A stretch of 64,000 nt of DNA from a virus. Taxonomy: Duplodnaviria; Caudoviricetes. The notes below the pieces were generated by a model. The model worked only from the letters and a program-made list of their open reading frames with translations. It was not told the DNA's origin and did not search any database. Of the stretch, positions 1-11,224 are shown piece after piece; within the stretch, counting starts at the first letter, position 1; the number at the start of each line of letters is the position of its first letter. Made by a program: the position numbers and the translations under genes. Where the stretch lies: the IMG/VR virus record IMGVR_UViG_3300028914_000064, positions 62,092 to 126,091 of that record; one strand, 5' to 3'.

Positions 1-136
1 TTGATATTTCCATAAGCATCGTTGCAATTGCTCCTTGTTGTATTGATGAAATTTCTTCATAAGACCCAGAAGCCATCTCTTTTGCCTGCATTTTTATATT
101 CTCAATTATCTTTTCGTTTTCTTCATATCTACTCAT
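1..136 (-). CDS. Phage hypothetical protein (MSRYEENEKIIENIKMQAKEMASGSYEE...), runs off window; separated from its RBS by the IS
   Basis: Open frame from ATG at 136-134 to window edge. The original AGGAGG RBS and ATG lie at 1506-1518 on the other side of the IS. Confidence 0.7.
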   Translation of the reverse strand, partial: MSRYEENEKIIENIKMQAKEMASGSYEEISSIQQGAIATMLMEIS

Positions 137-205
137 ATAATGGTAGCGTAATTTAAGACACTTTTTGAGACATTTAATAATGAATCTGATACACTCATTT
201 TATCA

Positions 206-571
206 ATGAAAGGAATCATTACTATGTCTCGTAAAAGAAGAAATTTCACATCAGAATTCAAAGCTAAACTTGTTCTTGAGGTTCTCAAAGGAGAAAAGGA
301 GCTCAACGTCATCGCTACCGAAAATGATATCCAGCCAAATCTCCTTAGAAACTGGAAAAGAGAGTTCCTCAATAAAGCATCATTGGTTTTTGATGATTCC
401 CGCGAGGATAACCTGCGAGAGAAGCTTGCTTCCGAGCGTAAAGAAAAAGAACAATACGCCAAGAAAGTCGGTCAGCTCACCATGCAGGTGGACTGGCTCA
501 AAAAAAAATCTGAAGAAGTTATCGGACCTGACTACGAGAGTAAATATAGTCCGAAACCATTCGAAGACTAA
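206..571 (+). CDS. IS3 transposase OrfA (HTH)
   Basis: RRNFTSEFKAKLVLEVL...WKREF HTH_Tnp_1-like N-terminus and coiled-coil C-terminus. Confidence 0.9.
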   Translation: MKGIITMSRKRRNFTSEFKAKLVLEVLKGEKELNVIATENDIQPNLLRNWKREFLNKASLVFDDSREDNLREKLASERKEKEQYAKKVGQLTMQVDWLKKKSEEVIGPDYESKYSPKPFED

Positions 572-1409
572 CAATAAAGGCATCTCCGTCAGCGATGCAG
601 CCAAGTTGTGCGGTGTTAATCGTACCAGCATTTACTATAAAGGGCATCCCGTTTCTGAAACTGAGATCATCTGCAAGAAGATAATCGACATGCTCCATAC
701 TGAAAATCCCACCTGGGGAGCAAGGCAAATGTCTGCTCAGCTTAAAGAACGCGGCTACAAGATTGGGCGCAGAAAAGCTCGCAGATTCATGACTGAGATG
801 GCAATCGATCCAATATATCCAAAGATGAATCTTTCTAAGCGTCAGAAGTATGCTGAGGTTGTACCATATCTACTTCGTAATGCTGATATAGAGCGTCCCA
901 ATCAGGCTTGGTCTATTGATATAACATATATTCCAATGAAGCACGGTTTCTTGTATCTGACTGCAATCATTGATTGGGCAAGCCGTTGCATTGTCGGCTG
1001 GGAGCTTGACGATACACTTGATACCAGGGCTGTAATTGAGGCTTGTAAAAAGGCATTTAAAGTTGCTAAGCCTGAAATCTTCAACAGCGATCAAGGCTGT
1101 CAGTTTACCAGTCATGAATACAAACAGCTTTTAAAGGATAACGGCATCAAGCAGAGCATGGATGGAAAAAGCCGCTGGGCTGACAATATCATGATTGAGC
1201 GCTGGTTCCGCTCCCTCAAATGGGAAGAGGTATACCTCACTGAATATGCCAACCTGAAAGAAGCAAGGGCGGCTATTGGCAAATACATCTATAAATATAA
1301 CTTTGAACGTTGTCACTCTGCTATCGGCAATGTTCCTCCTGCATCCATGTACTATCCGGCATTTCTTTACGATTATGCGCTGGAAGCTGTCGGATGTTAT
1401 GCTGCATGA
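500..1409 (+). CDS. IS3 transposase OrfB (rve/DDE integrase core), probably fused to OrfA via the A9 tract at 500-508
   Basis: WSIDITYI, FNSDQGCQF and IERWFRSLKWE DDE motifs; A9 run at the OrfA/OrfB overlap. Confidence 0.9.
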
Positions 1410-1711
1410 TATTGGTTACTGTGGGGGAGGGGCTCCCTCTCTCCCTTTAACATAGATTCATTATAAAATGACAAAAAATTTGTCTTGAAAACTAAGCCAC
1501 TATATCATGCTTCCTCCTTTTTATTTTTTAAAATGATTTGATTTTTCTAAATTTTCTTTTTCTTTTAATGCTTTCTCTGTTTCATTTTGAAATTCAGTTG
1601 TAAGTTCTTGAAATTGATCTTTAAGAACTTCTATACCAGATCTAAACCCAATAAAAAAACCAATAAAATAAATGATAATGATAATCATAATTTCAAGAAA
1701 TAATCTCATTA

Positions 1712-2161
1712 TTAGTTTTCCTCTTTATCAAGCATATATGCTCCGCAGTGTGGACAATATTTAGGATAATTATGTTTAACATCCTGGCCTATAGGATAAC
1801 CATGTTTATCTAGTTTATTTGTATCTCGATGACAGTTAGAACATTCAAAATAGCCATGTCGTTTTTCTATCCATCTTGCAGTAACTATAGTCTTGACATC
1901 ATCCATTTTTTCACCAAAACTCTTCCCAATTTCATTAAGTTGTGCTAGTGTCATATTCTTTTCCCAAAGTATTTGGTCTACATATTCTTTTGAAAAGAGT
2001 TCTCCTTTTTGTGCAGCCTCTAAAATAATATAAATTGCCAATGTTTGTTTCCGGTCTTTTACAGATCGATTACGAATAACATTATTTACCATAGGATCTA
2101 TAAATGATATGTTTTCGATTTCTTTGCAAGCATCTTTAAATGTCATTAAATTCTCCTTCAT
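1712..2161 (-). CDS. Zinc-ribbon domain phage protein
   Basis: ARWI...FECSNC...YCPHCGAYM. Confidence 0.7.
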   Translation of the reverse strand: MKENLMTFKDACKEIENISFIDPMVNNVIRNRSVKDRKQTLAIYIILEAAQKGELFSKEYVDQILWEKNMTLAQLNEIGKSFGEKMDDVKTIVTARWIEKRHGYFECSNCHRDTNKLDKHGYPIGQDVKHNYPKYCPHCGAYMLDKEEN

Positions 2162-2321
2162 TATTTTCTATACATGATAGTTTTTTGAATTTATGATGAT
2201 TCCTAAAATCTGTTACAAGATCATGCTTTTGGCAGATAGCTCTTCCCCAATCCATGCATTGTCCACATATTATCTGTGGCTCATATAAAATTTTAAAATA
2301 TTTGCAATCCTTACAAAGCAT

Positions 2322-2645
2322 CTAACTTCTCCTTTCACTCATTTGTGATCCACAATTAGGGCAAAACTTTGTTGTTCCTTTGGCATATGGCATTTCTTCT
2401 TTTGAACCATATAAGCAATTACTACATACATAGTAATCCTTATCATCATTGGTCACATGTATCCAATATGCATATGTGGATGGAACTGCATTTTTAATTT
2501 TGGTCTTTATGCTTTTACAAATAGGGACAAGCTTTATTCCTTTATTTTGATAACTATCTGTGTCATCTAAAATTTTGCAAACCTTTTCCTCTCTACTCAT
2601 AGCTGATAAAAAAATACGATATTCTCTCTCATTAAGAACAGCCAT
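2322..2645 (-). CDS. Zinc-ribbon domain phage protein
   Basis: AYWI...YVCSNC...FCPNCGSQM. Confidence 0.7.
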   Translation of the reverse strand: MAVLNEREYRIFLSAMSREEKVCKILDDTDSYQNKGIKLVPICKSIKTKIKNAVPSTYAYWIHVTNDDKDYYVCSNCLYGSKEEMPYAKGTTKFCPNCGSQMSERRS

Positions 2646-2689
2646 CTTTTTTCTCCTTTATTATTTAAAATAAGAATTATTCTTTTTGG

Positions 2690-3226
2690 CTACTTGCTTA
2701 TTTGATTTCCTAATTTATATTCTTCCCATTCACCATATTTAAGATAATAGTTTGGGAAAGTTTCTTTTATGATCTTGCATTTATCCGAATTACTATAACT
2801 AGGGTTATAGGAACATATTGCTACTGTTTGTTCTAAATCTAAACATTGTTCCTTTAGTTGTGTTTTTATCCATTTATTTACATCCATCTTATAAAAACTT
2901 GCATTCGGAAGAAATGAACAAATAAGCTCACCACAATCATCGATGTCTACTCCTATATATTTTTTAAAATCTTTGAATATATAAGCTTGAAACCCATAAG
3001 CTATTCCAAAATCTATGATTGTGTAGTTTTTGTTGATGGCATCTCTTACTTTGAAATAACCATCTTCAAAACATAAAAAAGTTTTATCACATTCTGCACC
3101 TGCTTCTGTTTTTCGAAATATTATGTTCAGCGTATGGATAGGAATTAGTTTTTCTTCAATGATTCTACAACTATTGGATGAATTAAGATGTTCTTTTGAT
3201 AATTTTATCATTGTCATTCCTTCCAA
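2690..3226 (-). CDS. Putative class I SAM-dependent methyltransferase-like protein
   Basis: IIDFGIAYG motif-I-like segment followed by YIGVDID. Confidence 0.45.
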   Translation of the reverse strand: MEGMTMIKLSKEHLNSSNSCRIIEEKLIPIHTLNIIFRKTEAGAECDKTFLCFEDGYFKVRDAINKNYTIIDFGIAYGFQAYIFKDFKKYIGVDIDDCGELICSFLPNASFYKMDVNKWIKTQLKEQCLDLEQTVAICSYNPSYSNSDKCKIIKETFPNYYLKYGEWEEYKLGNQISK

Positions 3227-3646
3227 AATACTTTATATTTTTCCAGGTATAGTAATTCATTTTACTCATCTTCCATTTCCACTATGAAATCATTTATTAT
3301 AGTAGCGACATCTAAAAATTTAACAAGCAAATCATTTGAACAATCATATGAATCATAATCGCATTTATCCATTATTTTATGATTCAGCTGTTCTAAATAT
3401 GGTTTTAAGAGTTGCTTTTTAGTAGAAATAGGGATGTTTGTCATTGTTGGAGATTGTTCGATCATTTCTTTAATAATAAAGATTGTATCAAGTTTATCGT
3501 CATCAAAGTAATTATCTTTTACCAAAATTTTATTCTCAAAGTCTCTTATTCTATCTAAAAGAATATCTGCATCTATTGCTCTCATTTCTTCCCCTTATAA
3601 ATTTATATTATTTTTTAGTGGTTGTTTTATCATATAAATTATCATG

Positions 3647-3883
3647 TTATAATCCCAAAATGCAATAACCTTTTTTCAATCCATATTTAGGGCAATTCCT
3701 TAAAATATAATGGATTGGAAATAGATCTGATTTCCGTCCAGTATATTCTCCATTTGCATATTCATAAAAGCATAATAGATCCCCAACTTTATATTCTCTA
3801 TCATCTTTTCGTAATTCAAAACGTTTCTTTCCGAGAAGTACATCATCATAATATTTTGGATGTAATTTTAATTCATGAAGCAT
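3647..3883 (-). CDS. ASCH/PUA-like (DUF3850-type) protein
   Basis: HELKLHPKYY...GKKRFELRKDDREYKVGD...GYCILG. Confidence 0.8.
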   Translation of the reverse strand: MLHELKLHPKYYDDVLLGKKRFELRKDDREYKVGDLLCFYEYANGEYTGRKSDLFPIHYILRNCPKYGLKKGYCILGL

Positions 3884-6800
3884 TTATTTAGTCCTTCCTA
3901 TTGTTTTTTCAAACTTTTCCCATAATTCACCGCAGTTTTTATGATATGTCGATACTTCTTCTTCGGTATAACATTTAATTACTACACCTTGGACATTATG
4001 CCAAATATCTCCGCGCCAATGTTTTTTGACAAGCTTATAATAATCTCTTTTTTCCATTATTCATCTCCATGCATATGTTTTATTATTTCGTTTATTTGTG
4101 GAAAGTAGCGCCCTGTCTTTTTGACTTTATGTTTCTCGGTTCTAAGTAATCCGTCCATATATTCTGACAATACCAAGATTGTTTCTTTATTTGCTTCAGC
4201 AATCACGATTCCTTTGCAATTTAATTGTGGAACATCTACTTCATCTCCAATCTTGATTTCATCTTCATACTGACTTTTCTCTAGCGATTTATAATAATCA
4301 TTAATTTTGGTTATTGCTTCTAAAGCTGTAAAAATCATAAATATCTCATAGGCAGAAAGATTGCCAAAGATTGCAATTACCCCATCTATTCCGATACCAC
4401 CATCTGTTTTGCTAAGCACAATCTTCCTTGCACATTCCCAAGCATCATTAAGACCTCGTTCATACGCATATACTGCATTTTTACGCTGATTACTATCGGC
4501 TTCTTCATATCCTTCTCTTCTTGCTCTCTTACATACATTAGCAAGGGCATTCATGATTTCTTCTTTATAATTCATTTTTTGGCTCCAGTTCTGATAATAG
4601 GTTGTCTATTTCATACTCAATATCATCTAAATCAACAATCCAAGTAGGCTCTTTGTCACAAAAACACACTGTGCTTTCAGGTTCCTCATAGGAATGATTT
4701 TTTAACTTGGTTTTTAATTCTTCGAGATAGGGCTTAACTATCTTCTGTTCTGTGATTTCATTCGCTTCTTCAATAATATCTCTAACAGTATTTTCATACT
4801 TGGGGTGGTTAATGTCATAATCAAGAATATCTCCGTACTCTCTTAACATCATTGCTTTATCTATGAATTCACGCTTTGCCATCTTCTTCAACCTCCTGCA
4901 ATACATCGTCTATATTTTCTCTCACTTCGCGCAACCACGCTCTTGCATCTGTTCTAGCTTTGTCCACGCTATTTTCATACGTTTCAAGCTCTGCCACCCT
5001 TACGATGTCTAAAATTAATTCAAGTGTTAGGCTTTCTAATTCTTTCATGCGTTCAAAGGCTCTATTGTCGCAATTTGTTTCGCCAACAGGCAGTATGCTA
5101 CCACCATTTAGCTTTTTAACTATTTCATAGAGATTGAAATTTTTCTCCATTTCTACATCCTCCTTTTTCTTCTTGATTATCTTCGCTTTTAACCCAATTA
5201 GGGCAATCTTTACAGTTCCAATCTGCTTCACAAATATATGGTTTTAAAGGTTCGTCATATATACAAGCCATCACTCCCACCCCTTTATCTTCTTGATTAT
5301 CTCTTTAACCCAATCGGGCAACGCGCATTTCCACATAGGCACGTCAAACTCATAATTGAAACAACAGCCGCAGTCCTCACACTCTCCCTCGTATGAGTAG
5401 CTATCCCAACTCATAGGGCAATTTTCGCAACATCTGTCTATTCCGTAGTGCTTCTTTTGCTTGCCGTTTTTTACTTCGTTCCAACTGAATAGTTCTAAAA
5501 CACCAATTCTCATTTTCCCCGTCCTCCTTACCATATGCATACATTGCCGTAATATTCGTCACACGCGTAATCCTCTTCAAAATCAATAGCACTAATTTTG
5601 TTTATAATATATTTTCTATCTATCAATTCACAATTTGTCATCTATATGCTCCTTAAGTTTACATTCATCTGTACCTTTAAAAGACATAAATGATATGTTC
5701 TTTATCGTTGGATGGCTATTTAGGTCTCTAACAAGTTGACCTCTAAAACAATTTCGGGGACAATCTTTGTTGTAATCTATACAATGAGAATAATCATGAT
5801 TCATTTTTTATTCCTCTTTTATTAATTCCAATCTTTATTCCATCCGCTTCCAAAAACTTTTTTACCATGTTCATATATAATTTCTTTGTCAAATTCTTCT
5901 CCTGAAACAGATCTATTATACTCAAAAGCTTTTGTGCTTTGATCGAGTATATAATCTTCACAAGAAAACATACATTTAAGTTTATTTTTCATTTTTCCTT
6001 CTTCATGATTAAATCTATTGCAGTTTTTACATTTTTCTATAGGATATTTATATTCTTCCATTCTTTTTTCTCTTATTCTTTTAATATATAAAAATCTATT
6101 TCTTCAAAAAGATGTTTGCAAGCTAGATGATATCCTTTGTCGATTGCATTGAGAGGTTCCCCTCCATTATCATCGTCACGAACCTGCATCCTTCTTCTTA
6201 GTTTATCGGGTATATCAACTTTTTCGTGTTTAGAGGAAAATCCTAATAACACTTTAGTATAGTAGAGTGCTGTGTTTAGGACTTCCTCTTAAACGTTATT
6301 TAGTTGATATTTTTGTTATCCCTCACCTTCACTTATATAAACTATCCTTTAATTTTTATAGGTTGTAATCCTTTATCGTTTAACGGTTTTTTGTATGGCT
6401 CAAAGTTTTCTGATAACGATTCTTTTGTTATCTCTAACCATTCACCCTTTTCGTTCTCCAAACGAATAGTGTCATAAGCTCCTACCATTCTAAATTCTGA
6501 TGTGTCTTGCTCCCATACAGAATCCTTATCAATATTTGTGTAACTATTGTCAATTGAAAAACCATTATCATCATAATTCTGTACTGAGAATGGTTTTACG
6601 CATTTGTACTTATTATTCATATCTTTACTTCTCCTTATCTGTCAAAATGTTTTTACAAAATTTCGTAAACACACTAAAGTTTACATATCCCTATTTTATT
6701 TCCATTTCTTTCCCTTTCATCAATCCATAGCACAGCTTCATCAGCATTATGAAAAAGTTTCATTTTTGTGCCTTTATCATAGCTAACTGAAATCATAGAT

Positions 6801-9722
6801 TTGTCGAATTTATATTCGTCAACTATATACTTCCCTTTAATTTCAAAAGGATATCTCTGACTAGGAACAAGTTCTTTTATCTTTACTCCTTTATTTGAAA
6901 TCCATTTATCTGCCATCTTTATTTCTCCTATTTCTGCCTACTAATTTGTCATACTCTCTTGCTAACGGCTCTTGATAGTATTGATTTTGTTTTCAATAAT
7001 AGTTATAATTGCTTCTTTGCTTGAATGAAGTGCTTCTTCAGCTATTTTCTCCTTTGTCATTCTCGTTGTATATTTCATCCATACTGAACCATATTCTTCT
7101 ATTTCTTTTAAGAGATCGTTTAGTAAGTCTATTACTTCTTCTTTTGTATAAGTTTGTGTGGCCATATTAATTATTCCCTTCTTTGTATATCTTTTCTTCA
7201 TCCCAACAACCAAGTTCGGATAAAAGATTGAATAAAACTTCTTCAGCATTGTTTAATTCAATCATTTCGTCACCACAAACATCTTCATGTCTTTCCCAAA
7301 TCTTTTTTTTGAACATTTCATACATCTCTTCTAATTCTTTTATTCTTATAAGATTGTTTATAAAAGAATTTTGTTCTTTCCGGTTTTCTTCAGTAATGCG
7401 CAAAATATTAAGAGCATGACTACATGTCTCAACGCAATTTGTCAATGAACGAAAATTATACATGCAATTTTCACATTCATCACATAAATTTCTTTTTTCC
7501 TCTTTCCAATTGTTATCTTTCTTACAAGTTCTACCATCAATTATTTTTTTCATTATTGATTTTTCTCCCTGTAAATTTTTCTATTATATCAAGAAGTTTT
7601 TCTATATCAATATATCCCTTTTCTTTCCATTCATTATTAGTGATAGGCTCTAAATAACTATCTGAGTCTTCAACTATCTGTTTTATCATTTTGTCAATCT
7701 GTTCTATTGAGATAAATTGTTCAAGCTGTGTCATCTGCTTTACCTTTCTTTGAAAATACATTTATACGATAATTAATCAAATATTTTTTATTTCTTTGAT
7801 TTTTTCTTTGATAAAAGCTATCGATAACATTTTTCCAACACGTATACCGTCCTGAATATTAGAATCGCAGTATTTCGTATTTTTAACTTTAGCTTCCGTT
7901 ATTTTTACGTCTAGGTTTTTTAACATAGTTATTACTTCTTTTTTAGTAAATACTTTATGCATGATACCATCATCGTCAATTATCAAATCCATTTTACAAT
8001 CTTTGTATTCCCCTATTTTTAGGGGTGATCCTTTAGTAATAGGAGTCTGTTCCGAGCATTCTTGCTTTTGATTTTGAACAAAGTTCTCACCTTCTGCCCA
8101 AATCTCTTCCGGCTCGCCCTTAACGACTTTTTCCAAGAGATTGAGGCTTTTTGTCTTGCCCTGTGCTGTGTTCCGCAAGAAGTCGATATATCCGATGAAT
8201 TTTCCGATTCTCTCTTTTAAGTTCTTGTTCTCAGAAGCAAGATTGAGATTGATTTCATTAAGAGTATCGAAATCCTCTAGAGTTTTGATTGCTATATTAA
8301 ATGCTTCGAAATCTAATAATCTATCCACTTCCCAAGCCCAATTCCTCTGTTTTTTAACTCTTTCTATTGCTTCCTCTTTTGTCATTTCCTTTTTTGTCAT
8401 CGTTCAATCTCCCGTTTACTTTAATCGTTTCGATTTGTCGTTTTGCAATTATCATAATCCGATAGCTTTCTTTAATTCGGACAGTTTAATTGTACGATTA
8501 TGAAGTTCATTATCCATATTGATTAGCATTTCTACTTTACTCATTCTTTCAACGTCTTTGATTGCTTCTTCGATAACATAAAATTCCGGCAAAGGATGAC
8601 GATCTTCACCATAACCTTCTATATAATCATTCGTGATTTTAAGAAGATAATCTATAATTTGTTTTCTTTCTTCATTATTCATAATTTCTCCTTATTTAGA
8701 ACCAACGTGTTTTAAGAATATACAATGCTTCTTTAGGACTTTTGGCATGAATAAACCATATTGCATCTGATATTTTATCGTGAATAAGATAGAGCTCTTC
8801 TTGTGCATAATAATAGTCGTAGAATTTATTTTCTAATCCAACAACTTTAAAATCTAACCAAGGTATGTTTTTAATATTTTCATAAAACAAATGAATGTTT
8901 TTATCCATTTCAACAATTTCTCCTATTTTTGATTGCGACATCCATCTAAAGTTCACTATAAGATATCTCCTCTCCATAAGGTTACTCTGTTCCTTTCGGT
9001 CGCAGCTTCATATCCTATGGTTATGAAAATTCATGTCGCTGTTATTTTTCAATGTTTATAATTTTATTCTTGATCGTCCGAATATTGTTCTAATAATTCC
9101 TCGATCATGCTCTGACAGCACTGTATTATTTCTTGTTCTTTTTTTGTATCAGATGGAATTGTTCCTATTTGTTGTTTCAAATTTTTTATTTTAGAAATAA
9201 GTTCAAGACTTTTTACATATTTATTTATAGGGAAATAGTCTTCAATTGGTAGATCAATTATAGATTCGGGTAATATATAATTCCCAGATTCGATAGATTT
9301 AATAGCAAAACAAAGAGCTTTTGATTGCTCGCTATTTTGAGGGAACATGTTTTTTATCCAATTTAGCCATTTAATAGTCATTAAACGTGTCATTTTTTTA
9401 ACCCCCATGAAATTCTTGATGATATCATGATTACAATATAGTTTTGCTTTACATTTTTTACACCAATAATAATTCCTTTCAAGACAGTTCCAGCCAAAAT
9501 CTCTTATAAGCTCAAGTTTATCCTCTTCCCAATCTCCTATTTCTTTGCCTTTATAATGATTGTCCCATGCTTTGAATCTTTTAACTTTTATATCTGTCCA
9601 ATCACAATCTTCAAAAAAATCTGTTTTTTCGAAGGCAAGTTCATGTGCTTTTATCCTTGTTTTAGCAAATACAATTATAGAGCCGCAATTACCAATAACA
9701 TCAGATACGACCCAGGCTTTCA

Positions 9723-9929
9723 TTAAAAATCCTCTCCAATTCCTAAAAGCCAATCTGCTGAAATTTCCAAAGCCTGACAAATGATTTTAATATTTATTGC
9801 GTTTGGGATTCGAGAATCTGTTATATATCGATTAATAGTTGACTTTGATAAATGTGATTTTTTAACAAGATCTCTTTGAGTCATTTTTCTTAATTTTAAT
9901 ACGTATATTATTTTTTCACCTATAGTCAT
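9723..9929 (-). CDS. XRE-family HTH transcriptional regulator
   Basis: MTQRDL...LSKSTINRY...P...ICQALEISADWLLG. Confidence 0.88.
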   Translation of the reverse strand: MTIGEKIIYVLKLRKMTQRDLVKKSHLSKSTINRYITDSRIPNAINIKIICQALEISADWLLGIGEDF

Positions 9930-11224
9930 TATATTCTTTACTCGCTTTCATCCTATTTTGAAGATTTTTGTTTTTTCCAAAATAAAACAAGGTTTCTCAA
10001 ACTTATTATTCCACAAGTAAAAACCCAAGCTGCTAATAAAACAGAAGCTATAAAAGGAAATAAAGCTCTTTTTTTTAAAAATATTATTCCCCATGCAAGA
10101 TCCCTACCACTGCACACAAAACAGAACAATGTAATGAAAATAGAGGTAATAAATAATATAATGTCCTTTTTTTTATTCATGGAGACTCCTTTTTATCATT
10201 TGTTATTATTTCAAAATAATCACATTTTTAATGATATCATATTTATCTCCAATAAAAATATAATTGAGTCAGTCAATCATATCATTTTTGTTCTTTTTTC
10301 AATTGTTCCTGTGCTAATTCAAAAGCTAACATATATAATTCTAAGATACCGGTTTCTTCTTTGCCTATTTCGTCAATCCATTCGAAACAATCTTCATCTA
10401 TTTTTTTCAGTATTTCATAGGCTGCTTCTCCCAATCCCCTTTCTTCATCTAAATCATAAAGAATATCTTGAATTATATTTTCTTTAAGTTCTTCCTCGGA
10501 TATTTCTTGGTCATCCCATAAAAAATTTAGATATAAATCATAATCCATAAAACGTTCTATCAAGTCTTTTTTCCCTTTGTCATAATTATATTCATAAAAG
10601 GGTCTATTATGACAATTTACTTTACTTTCAAAATATCCAGTATTATGCACGAAATCAGAAAAACCTTCATAACACATATTATAATAATTAGTAGCAATCA
10701 GTTCTCCCAAATCGCCAGATATATGCAATCTATAAAAGTCTTCCTCAAAAAGAAATCTGATTCTAAAATGAGATGATTTGGGATTTGCAAAATCAAGTAT
10801 TTTAATATTGCCCAAATCTTTTAAACTAGCAACATGGTCTTTAAAGAATTCTTTTTGTTGTTCAATATTAAATCTCATTGATCTTTTTCCTCTCCTTCCA
10901 AATTTTGATCGAGGTTATTTTGATCTTCTTCAATACGGATTCCGTCATTTATGTAAATATATTCAGACATTTCTAAGATACGAGCTCCACAATATGGACA
11001 AAAAACATAGTCTTTATTTTTTTCGGGATCCCAAAAGCCTTGACAATTATGACAATAATAATCTGTATCAATGCCATTTTCTGTTTCAAGTTCTTTTTTT
11101 TCAATATATGTTGTATGTTCAGGAGCTATTATTTTAAGCTCTTCCAAACAATAATTATAGCCTTTATCAAAATCATCTAATACTGCACGTTTATATTCTG
11201 TTAAGTTTTCGATATAAGTAAGTC

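Larger units (their letters stand above)
136..1504 (+). mobile_element. IS3-family insertion sequence, 1369 bp, 3-bp target duplication TCA
   Basis: Imperfect terminal IRs TATAATGGTAGCGTAATTTAAGACA / (rc) TATAGTGGCTTAGTTTTCAAGACA. TCA at 133-135 and 1505-1507. OrfA/OrfB organisation and higher GC than flanks. Confidence 0.93.

Noticed and set aside
133-1316. Minus-strand ORFs within the IS and other antisense ORFs across the window (e.g. 13611-14057, 34085-34675, 63629-63937)
   Set aside because: Antisense shadows of well-supported genes, without RBS
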